A stretch of 41,715 bases of DNA. Origin: Octopus bimaculoides (taxonomy: Eukaryota). The stretch covers positions 17,589,126 to 17,630,840 of the forward strand of contig NC_068994.1 of assembly GCF_001194135.2 (NCBI RefSeq), in the 5' to 3' direction. Below, piece after piece: positions 25,101-36,400 of this stretch. Position 1 is the stretch's first letter. Each line of letters starts with the position of its first letter. The notes under the pieces were generated by a model, which searched no databases, was not told where the DNA came from, and saw nothing but the letters and a program-made list of their open reading frames with translations. The translations under genes were made by a program, and so were the position numbers.

Positions 25101-28100
25101 TGAAAAGGTTTCCTATCATTATCTCTTGATTTAATACCAACACCTGGATTAGGGTGACTAACAGAGTTAACACCATTGCAAGTATTCTTCAGACCAGGTC
25201 CCTGTTGGGAGATAATTTGATGTTTTGATGTGATACTTCACTAGGCAGCAACATCGACTTCCTACTTTACACATTTTTATGAAACACGACTTTTATAGAT
25301 TTAAAATTTTTCATTCTTGACTAGAAAAGTTATTATTCCCTGTTCAACTTCAAAGACATCTTAAGACAATAAGCAGGTAGTGATTGCTAGATTTCATTGA
25401 ATTATGGTACTACGAGAGATTTCACCTATCTCCTAAAGAATTTACTGTCCTGTTGAATGGTTATTGAAATGGCCTACCTGTTTTTCCAGTTGCTGGAATC
25501 CCTTAATCAAATTCTCTTGAAACAGTTAAATTAACCCATTTAATACCGACTCACATAAGACTGCTGTGGAGGTGCATGGCTTAGTAGTTAGGGGTGTTCA
25601 GCTCGCAATCGTAAAGTCATGTGTTCAATTCCCAGTGGTGCCTTGTTCTTCAGCAACATGCTTTATTTCACGTTGCTCCAGTCCACTCAGCTGGCAAAAA
25701 TGAGTAGTACCTATAATTCAAATGGCCAGCTTTTTCACATTCTGTGCCGTGCTGAATCTCTCTGAGTAGTACATTATGAATACACGTCTGTGGAGTGCTC
25801 AACCACTTGCAGATTAATTTCACAAGCAGGCTGTTGTGGTTGATCAGATCAGAACCTTTGTCGTAACTGACAATGGCAGAAGGACACATAAGTCTGCCCA
25901 TACTGAAGTGCTTGTATTTTATTAGAATATTGATAAAAATTCAATTCCTGTGTAAAAGATAGTATGGGTGTAGGTGACTGTGTGGTCAAGAAGTGCTGTT
26001 TTGAAACTGCATTATTTCAGCTTAACTCCCACAGGGTGACCAAAAGCCTTCTGATAAGAATTTCACAGATGAAAACTGTTTTTGGGTGGTAAGCTTTATC
26101 TCTCACCCTATTTCACACTGTCACCTGGTCCTTTATTAACTTTTTAATGGTATGTTCCCTGTTTACAAGCAATCAGAACGGTTCTTTGAACTGACAATTT
26201 CTTCGTATTGGTCTTCGATGCTCTGGAAAGAGTTATAGGAAATACCTTTACTTTATTGCTAAGCGATTTAAAAAAAAAAAAAAATTTCAGTTGGTTGGCT
26301 CTTGAGTAATATACTGGGAATCTACATATTACTGCTTAGCCCTGCTAGAAAAAGCAGCCAAACCTTTCTCTCAAATACACTCAACTGTCTTATATAAGAA
26401 CACAGCTCTAATAATGTTGTCCCTACATACTCCTAAAAACTGTCAGAATCTTTCATCAGCTGTATCATTGTGGTTGTCCTGGGACTAAGCAACAACTGAT
26501 ATGTAAAGTAAGATATTTTATGAAACTCCCTCCAGTATCTTGACTATTTTGAAAATTAAGTAGACAGTCTACTCATAATTCATCATCATCATCATCATCG
26601 TTTAACGTCCGCTTTCCATGCTAGCATGGGTTGGACGATTTGACTGAGGACTGGTGAAACCGGATGGCAACACCAGGCTCCAGTCTGATTTGGCAGAGTT
26701 TCTACAGCTGGATGCCCTTCCTAACGCCAACCACTCAGAGAGTGTAGTGGGTGCTTTTACGTGTCGCCTGCACGAAAACGGCCACGTTCGAAGTGGTGTC
26801 TTTTATGTGCCNNNNNNNNNNNNNNNNNNNNNNNNNNNNNNNNNNNNNNNNNNNNNNNNNNNNNNNNNNNNNNNNNNNNNNNNNNNNNNNNNNNNNNNNN
26901 NNNNNNNNNNNNNNNNNNNNNNNNNNNNNNNNNNNNNNNNNNNNNNNNNNNNNNNNNNNNNNNNNNNNNNNNNNNNNNNNNNNNNNNNNNNNCATCGCCT
27001 CGGTGAGGCCCAATGTACGAAGGTCTTGCCTCACCACCTCAGCCCAGGTCTTCCTGGGCCTACCTCTTCCACGGGTTCCCTCAACTGTTAGGGTGTGGCA
27101 CTTTTTCACGCAGCTATCCTCATCCATTCTCACCACATGTCCATACCAGCGCAATCGTCTCTCTTGCACACCACAACTGATGCTTCTAATGTTCAGCTTT
27201 TCTCTCAAGATACTTACACTCTGACGGGTATTCACATTGACATTACACATCCAACGGAGCATACTGGCTTCTGACATTACACATCCAACGGAGCATCCAC
27301 AAAAAGGTTGTTATAAGTAAATTTTAAATATTGTTACTGTTTTCACATTTTATTGCTTTCCACAATCATGAATAAGAATAATAAAATAGGGTAGTGTACT
27401 CTAAGTTCAATTTTATGATAACAAAGTACCTTAAAAGCCTTTAATAAAACAATGCAGTAAAACAGATGACTGCTGCAGTAACCACCTTTTTAATGTTTAG
27501 AGGACAATGTAAATAGAATGGATAAAATTTCATGAGTATGTAGAAAGAGTGTGTACAAATATTCAGAATATGTTGCTAATGGATGTGAAATATTATGCTC
27601 ACTAGAAATATATTTATCAATGAACTGCTTTTCTGTGTGTGTCTATATATGCATGCACATATGTGCATAGATCATCCATTGGGATGGCAATATTGTGAAA
27701 AATCTATATTGACCCAGTCACATGTAATTAATTCTTGAATAATTTATTCATTTACAGCTGTTAGTTGTTATCAGATGTCAGTAACTATTACTCCAAACAT
27801 CTCTCTCACTGCCACTTATAGTTAATCAGCTAAGAGTTATGCCATTTCATTGGCACACAGCCAAACACTCAAATGTTGGGTCAACAAATAAGGGGCTTTA
27901 TGATCATAATAGGCTGAAGGGAGCAAAACCTTTTCAACTTTTCATGCAATTATTGCAATAATTTTTATCACATATACTGAGTATTGAGTTCTTTTTGTTT
28001 TGTTTTATATATATATACATATATATATATAAAGCGCAGGAGTGGCTGTGTGATAAGTAGCTTGCTTACCAACCACATGGTTCCGGGTTCAGTCCCACTG

Positions 28101-28199
28101 CGTGGCACCTTGGGTGAGTGTCTTCTGCTATAGCCTCGGGCCGACCAAAGCCTTGTGAGTGGATTTGGTAGACGGAAACTGAAAGAAGCCCGTCGTATG

Positions 28200-28238
<39 letters not shown>

Positions 28239-30397
28239 NNNNNNNNNNNNNNNNNNNNNNNNNNNNNNNNNNNNNNNNNNNNNNNNNNNNNNNNNNNNNN
28301 NNNNNNNNNNNNNNNNNNNNNNNNNNNNNNNNNNNNNNNNNNNNNNNNNNNNNNNNNNNNNNNNNNNNNNNNNNNNNNNNNNNNNNNNNNNNNNNNNNNN
28401 NNNNNNNNNNNNNNNNNNNNNNNNNNNNNNNNNNNNNNNNNNNNNNNNNNNNNNNNNNNNNNNNNNNNNNNNNNNNNNNNNNNNNNNNNNNNNNNNNNNN
28501 NNNNNNNNNNNNNNNNNNNNNNNNNNNNNNNNNNNNNNNNNNNNNNNNNNNNNNNNNNNNNNNNNNNNNNNNNNNNNNNNNNNNNNNNNNNNNNNNNNNN
28601 NNNNNNNNNNNNNNNNNNNNNNNNNNNNNNNNNNNNNNNNNNNNNNNNNNNNNNGTATTTTTATGTTTGAAACCATGCAGTTTCTGGTTCAGTTTCACTA
28701 CTCTTTAGGTGAATGTCTTCTACAAAAGCTTTGTGTTGACCAATGCCTTTTGAGTGAAATTTGGTAGATGGAAACTGTACAGATACTCTGTGTGTGTGTG
28801 TGTGTGTACATGCATGCATGTCTCTGTGCATCTTAACATTGGCATAAGCAGGAGCATCAGTGATGTCTTTATTCCCCAGAAACAAAACATCCAGCTTGAT
28901 AGTTCAACATCAAGCACACTAGAATAGAGTATCTTACTTGAATAAAAGATTTTAAAAAGGCAAGGTACTCTAACCCTTTAGCATTCATATTACTATGCTA
29001 AATATAATCCTTATTTATTCATATTCTTTTGAATTTAATCCTGCATTATCCTGTAGTTTCAAGATTTTGATATGATTGTTTTTAGTATGACATTGTAGAG
29101 TAGGTGTGAAAGGCTGGATCTGGCTGGTTGGAACATAAAACAAGTAGAATATTTGGGCCAGATTTTTCCAGTTTGGATATTAAAGGGTTAATCAAAAAAG
29201 TAGTTGGCATTTGGAAGGGCATCCTGCTATAGAATATAATCTTTATTGAATTATCTAATTTTAGATATGTCTACATGTAAGTCTTATTTCTCCCCCACCC
29301 CTTTTCTAAGGCAACAAGCTGGCTGAATCATTAGCATGCTGGAGAAGTTGCTTAGCATTTCATCCACCTTTACGTTCTGAGTTCAAATTCTGCCAATGGC
29401 AACACTGCTTTTCATCCTTTCAGGGTGAGTGAAATAAATACCAGTCAAGTACTAGGATTAATGTACTTTATTGGCCCTTTCTCCCAAACCTATGGGTTTT
29501 GTGCCTATAGTAGGAGCTTCTTCTCCACTCCCTTAAGGCAGCAAACTAGCAATTGTTAATGTGCTGGGTAGCATTTCTTCTGGCTCATTGTGTTCTGAGT
29601 TCAAATTCTGTTAAAGCTGACTTTGCCTTTCATCTTTTCAAGATTAACAAAAGTACCAGTTGGGCACTGGGGTTAATGAATCAACTAATCCTTTTCCATA
29701 AAATTGCCTGGCCCTGTGACAAAGTTTGAAACCATTATTCTCCCCCACCCCACCCCTTTATTTTTATTCACATCTTTGCATTTAAACTCCTGATAGTTAT
29801 ATTAAAACTACATAAAACTACCCTCTAACTGCAGTGACTGTCAACAATATTCTTATGTAATGTATAGATGTTGTATCGCTGCTTTCCTTCACCCTGTTTT
29901 TATACCCAGGTTTTCACTAATCATTGCAATCCCCACTCCCTACTCGCACCTTCTTAATACCTGGCAAACATGAGGAAGAAAAAGATTCAGTTTAGAAGAG
30001 ATGTAGTTTGGTTCCTTGGGGTAGGGTGTGTAAAAAAGTTTGTTACATGTGGGTGGGGCACAACACACTTAGCACTCAGTTTCTCTGACGTAGATAGGTC
30101 TTCTCTAGAACCTCATATCACCAGACATCTCAGTCCATTGTCATTTCCTCTGTGAGCCCCTCTCCTCTCAGAATTCCTTGTCTTGCATGTTACTCGGTGA
30201 CCCTGTTGGTGCCGGTGCCATGTAAAAAAAAAAGGGATCTAGTCCACACTGTAAAGTGGTTGGCATTTGGAAGGGCGTCCAGCTGTAAAAACCCTGCCAA
30301 AACAGACCCAGTAACCTGGGGTAGTCTTCTACCTGGCCAGCTCCTATCAACCCGTCCAACCCATGCCTTTGTGGAAGGTGGACATTAAACGATGATG

Positions 30398-30433
<36 letters not shown>

Positions 30434-33400
30434 TATTAAAAAAATGTATACACAGCGTAAGCACACACACACACACTACACACTCAAAATATTGGCTTAC
30501 TCGAGGCTATGGTAGAAGTTATGTGCTAATGGTGCCATGCAGTGGGATTGAACCTGGGATTGTGTATTTATTATAGACCTGTCAACCTATAATATAGAAT
30601 GTTTAATATTCTGTTTAAAAATTCCAAATTCTAGTTGTGTCTGACTCTTGTTTTACTATATATCTTTTTCTTTTCTTCAAATTTTGCAGCTAGAAGCTAA
30701 CCTCCAGGAATTGATCAATAATTGGGAAGAAGAACAAAAATTAAAGTTCTCAATTTATGGAATGGAGTTCTCAGAATATGTTTCACAGCGCTACAAAACA
30801 ATTCATGATGAGAAAGAGCGTGAAAAAGAACAGCGAGTAAGTATCATTATTACATGAATTTTTATAGGTGTCATTTGTGAAAAGCTCATTAAAGCATTGG
30901 ATAAAATGCTTTGCAGTATTTGTTCTGCCCCCTTGTTGTCTGAGTTCAAATCCCACCCAGGTCAGTTTTGTCTTTTGTCCCTATAAGGTCAATAAAATAA
31001 AATACCAGTGAAGTACCGGGGTTAATTTAATCAACTATATGCCTTGTATATTTGTTCTTCCCCTTTGTCATCATCATCCTTTAATATATTTTCCATGCTG
31101 GCATGGGTTGGACTGGTCTGAGCTCAAATCCCACAAAAGTCACTTTTGCCCTTCATCCATACAAAGTCAACAGATAATGTACCAGTGAAGTTCTGGGGTT
31201 GATCTAATCGACTAATCCTTTCACCAAATTTTTGGCCTTGTACTTATGTTAAAAATTACTTTAATTTGGATGGCCAAGATGATTTGTGGTATCTTGTTCA
31301 ATTAAATACTTAGTTTGAATTTTTCCCAGGTCAGCTTACTTTTCAGTCAATAACTATGGCTTTCTAACGAGAAATTAGTTTTGTCTGATCAGTAATTTTT
31401 AAACTGCTGGTACCACTTAAAAAGCACTCAGTACACTCTTTGGAGTGATTGGCATTTGGAGGGCATCCAGCCATAGAAACCAAGTCAAAACAGACTATGG
31501 ACCTGGGGCAGCCAATGGCTTTATCAGTTCCTGTCAAGTTATCTGACCCATGCCAGCATGGAAAACAGACATTAAATGATAATGTGGCATAAAAAAATCA
31601 CCTAGTACATGCTGTAAAGTGGTTGGCATTAGGAAGGGCATCCAGCCATAGTAACCATGCCAAAACACATTGTGGTCCTTAAACCCATTGTATCCTGTTA
31701 AACCATCTAACCTATGCTAGCATAGAACACTGACATTAGATGATGTGTGATTGTCATACTGCAGCTATAAACTTTAATTATTTGCGGTTATCAGTTTCAT
31801 ATGTTACAGGCATGTTAAAGTCTTGCTGTTTTGAATTGGCTTGGTGGTTTGGGTGTTTGACTCACAATCATGAGGTCCTGAGTTCGGTTCCTGGCAGCAT
31901 GTTGTCTCATTGAGCAAAACATTTTATTTCACATTGCTTCAGTCTACACAGCTGGCAAAAATGAGTACATTACGAGTATGCGTGTCTATGGAGTGCTCAG
32001 CCACTTGCACGTTAATTTCACGAGCAGGCTGTTCCGTTGATCAGATCAACTGGAACCCTACTCATTATGGCCCACAGAGTGCCAGCTAATTGTCATGTTT
32101 GGAAAAGAATCTGTTGTGACTTATAATCATTACTCTTCATACAGTCCTGCTAGCTGGTTATTAACTCCCTATCTTCAGATTGTGTTGTTTATATGTGTAC
32201 ATGAAGACCTCTCCATATAGGTGCAGGTATGGCTGTTTGCTTCCCAACCACATGGTTTTGGGTTCAGTCCTACTACATGGCACCTTGGGCAAGTGTCTTC
32301 TACTATAGCCTCAGGCTGACCAAAGCATTGTGAGTGAATTTGGTAAACAGAAACTGAAAGAAACCTCCCACCACCACTTGACAACTGGTGTTGGTGTGTT
32401 TATGTCCCTGTAACTTCCTGATTTGGTAAAAGAGACTGATAAAATAAGTACCAGGCTTGATAAAATTAATTACTCAGAAGATAAGAGATATATATATGAA
32501 ACATTTGCATTCTCTTATCTACAGCAAAAAACACGGGCCCTACAGATGGAATCAGATATTAAATTTGGTACCAAACCAGCTATCACTCCAAAGAAACGAG
32601 GAGCCCGAATGCCGGTCACACCATCTATGTTGGCAATGAATAAAACTCGAAGGGTAAGTAAGAAGCAAATATTAATATCCTCCTTATTCTTTAACATGTT
32701 AACGACCATTTGTACCACTGATGGTTCATTGTGAATTTCACACAACTGCCATATGCACCACCAGTGGTACATTTTACATAATTTGAAAAAAATATTTTAT
32801 TCTGTATCTCTGACATGGTTTTCAGGATATTTAAATAACGTTAGTGCTAAATATTAAAGTTTAATTATGAAATACTGTATAAATGCAAAAAAAATTAGAT
32901 TTCCTTGTAATTAAATATCGAGAGCAATAGTGCATCACTAATAAGTAAAAATTGAGACCATTACCTTCTCTGCTGAGGAAACAACCTTGGTCTTTTTTAG
33001 AGCAGGTAAGGAGGGAAAGTTTCCACTGCATGTAATGTCAGATTTTCCTGTGATATGATCAGCCTGGTGTGCTTTTGATCAGGTGTCATAAGACATGGTA
33101 CCCATCCGGTAGAAGCCTTTGTTATGCTAAGTTCATTGTGTAGAATATCCTCAATTTTCTCACAGGATATGCTAGTAGCATTGGCTATTTGGTTTATAGT
33201 CAATTGTCTGTCATCCATCACCATGTGGTGAACACAGTCAATGTTTTCCTTGATGGGTGACATCTTCAAGACTCTCCTATCCCTCTTAAATTCAGCTGCC
33301 CACTTTTGCTCAATTGGTAAAGCGAGAGCGTTATCCCCTCATGTAGCAACAATGTCAACATGAATGTTCTTGAGGACTAAATCCTTTTCCTGCAGGTACT

Positions 33401-36400
33401 TGATAACGTCATGATGCCAAATTTTATCCATTTCAAAAGAAGTTGCTATTAGTTACTTAGGAAATCTTTGAACAGTCGGATGTTAGTTTATCTGGAAAAA
33501 GAAAAAAAACCAATGCAATTATTAAGAGTTGAAATTAATGTATACAACATTTCACAGATCTAGCAACACTCCTTCACAGCCAATGAATTTTTCAGTCCGC
33601 CCTCATCATCGTCGTTTAACGTCCGCTTTCCATGCTAGCATGGGTTGGACAATTTGACTGAGGACTGGTGAAACCAGATGGCTACACCAGGCTCCAATCT
33701 GATTTGGCAAAGTTTCTACAGCTGGATGCCCTTCCTAATGCCAACCACTCCGAGAGTGTAGTGGGTGCTTTTAAGTGCCACCGGCACGAAGGCCAGTCAG
33801 GCGGTACTGGCAACGGCCACGCTCAAAATGGAGTATTTTACGTGCCACCTGCACAGCAGCCAGTCCAGCGGCACTGGCAACAATCTCGCTCAAATGTCTT
33901 TACACGTGCCAGGAAGGCGATGCTGGGCACAGGTGCCATGCTCAGTTACACCTACTGAAAAATGGGCTCAATGTTAGTTCTAGGTAAATTCCACTCCAGT
34001 AAATTTCATTATAGGTAATATGAATATATTTTAAATCACATTTTATTCACATATTTACATAAAAATGATGGCAAGTACATAAAAATAAAGTTATGAAAAG
34101 AAGTTTAATATATTTGAAGAGAATTCTTTTAAAACAAATTGCGTGCAATATTTCTTAAAAATTGCAGAATGTTTTCAGATTGATAATTCTCAACTAGCTT
34201 CTTTAGTTGTGCATCAATCATTTGATAGGACTCTTTTTCTTTTGTCGAGTCCCCATGTTGAATGTGTGCAATTTTCGTCTGGCTTAAGCCCTTCTTCAGT
34301 CTTAAAGACATTGCAAAGTTACCACAAATTTGGATGTGTGGATGTTATCGATGACCGCAAAGCATTGTGGAACCCTTCTACCGAATTATTTGCTCTTGGC
34401 AAGTGATTTAAAACACGGTCATGTATATTCCAGAGTTGGACAGGAAACTCTGGGATTTCTCTTCATCAATGAAGGCTGCGTCCTCTTACAGTCCCAATGT
34501 ATGAATTCTCAAAATAAGTGATAAACTCAGAAGGGATGCTTTCATCTTCAGACAAATCTTCAAATCCATTGACATCCTCTTCAATTGGTAAAAATGCTGA
34601 AGCGCAAAAACACTTAATTTTAAGCTGAAAACTTTCATCAGTGTTGTATCTCCTACTCTCACCAAGTGCTCATATCTTCCACCAAATAGACTGTCTGAGA
34701 TGAAAAACACACCCAACTACTTCTAAATGCAGAAATAGAGAAACAAATGAATTATGGAGAGTTTTTTCAAAGTCCAGGAAACAGGTTGCAGATTGACAAT
34801 TTGACCTTAGATCCCACACAGCAGACGGATCACGATTTAAAAGTCCTGTCACAGGCCCAATTTTCTGAGCTTTCTAGATCATCCAAGCCTTTTTCTGAGG
34901 AAAAAGAACTAAAATTCTGTCTGAGTCAATGTCAATGACCAAAAACAAGGGCCCAGTTTCTAAGTACCTAACTGCAGCAGGAATTTCAAACCCTGAACGA
35001 CAAGTTGAAAGTGCTGGGATTCCTAAAGCATGCTGCCTCCAGTTACATATGTTATGTGAAAGTCCAGGAATAGTTTGCAGCAATGATTGTGTTTTGTACA
35101 GCAGTAGCTATTACTTCCCACGAAGATACTGTGCCCGTTCTCATTAATTCACTTTGCATTGAATTAACTGCCTCTCAGACATTAATGTGTGCACTGCTTG
35201 CTGTGTGATTGTGGGAACCTGTTGAAAAAATAACTTCTGGTATACTGAAGTTGAAAGTTGTATGTATTCTATCCCAGCAACCTTTGTAAAAATGCTCGTA
35301 ATGTCAATATATTTTAGCTTTACTACTGGTAACTCCATTCTTTTCGTATATATATTCGTACAGCGCAGGAGTGGCTGTGTGGTAAGTAGCTTGCTTACCA
35401 ACCACATGGTTCTGGGTTCAGTCCCACTGCGTGGCACCTTGGGCAAGTGTCTTCTACTATAGCCACGGGCCGACCAAAGCCTTGTGAGTGGATTTGGTAG
35501 ACGGAAACTGAAAGAAGCTTGTCGTATATATGTATATATATATATATATGTTTGTGTCTGTGTTTGTCCCCCCACCCAACATCACTTGACAACCAATGCT
35601 GGTGTGTTTACGTCTCCGTAACTTAGCGGTTCGGCAAAAGAGACCGATAGAATAAGTACTAAGCTTACAAAGAATAAGTCCTAGGGTCGATTTGCTCAAC
35701 TAAAGGCGGTGCTCCAACATGGCCGCAGTCAAATGTCTAAAACAAGTAAAAGAGTAAAGAGTATAGGATTCTCTTCATCATAAATGTTGCCGTGGTTGAG
35801 GGTTTCAAAGTTCAAAGTTAAACTGAATAGAAAAAAATTAGCAGTACTGTGAAATTCAGTTAAAAAATGAGTAACAAAGGCATAAACCTAGACTTTAACG
35901 ACTAATAAGTTGAGAAGTGTATAACAAAGGCATGTTTAATTTTCTGTGTGGAATTTACCGTAGTGGAATATACTGCAGTGAATTTTACCTATCATGGAAT
36001 TTACCAGTCATGTCACTGTTAGACTAATTTGCTCTAAATTCTTAATTGATAACATTTAATCTAATTATTAAAAGTATTTTTACTTTCTTTCCTTCAATTT
36101 TGATATAATTATGCATGCTTTTAAGTTATTCCAGGTTTTTATCTTTACCTTGCCTCACAAATGTTATAAAACTACGAATTCCTTGACTTCAAAAAAAAAA
36201 TAATTTTGTTTTTATGCAAAATTTCAGCGAAGTCAGTCGACACCAAAAGGCAAGGCAAAGGCAAGATACTTAAATAGTATTTATTTCAAGGGTGTTGCTA
36301 CTAATGGTGTTTGTTTCAGTTGTTGAACTAATTTCTAACTCTTAAAATAAATTGAGGAGAAAATTTTAAAACAAATAACCACTAACTTGATATTATGCTT

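Noticed and set aside
26644-26660. CTGAGGA-CTGGT-GAAAC in the RTE 3' UTR as a hammerhead
   Set aside because: Five nt cannot form stem II, it is antisense to the LINE, and other copies vary at the GAAA.
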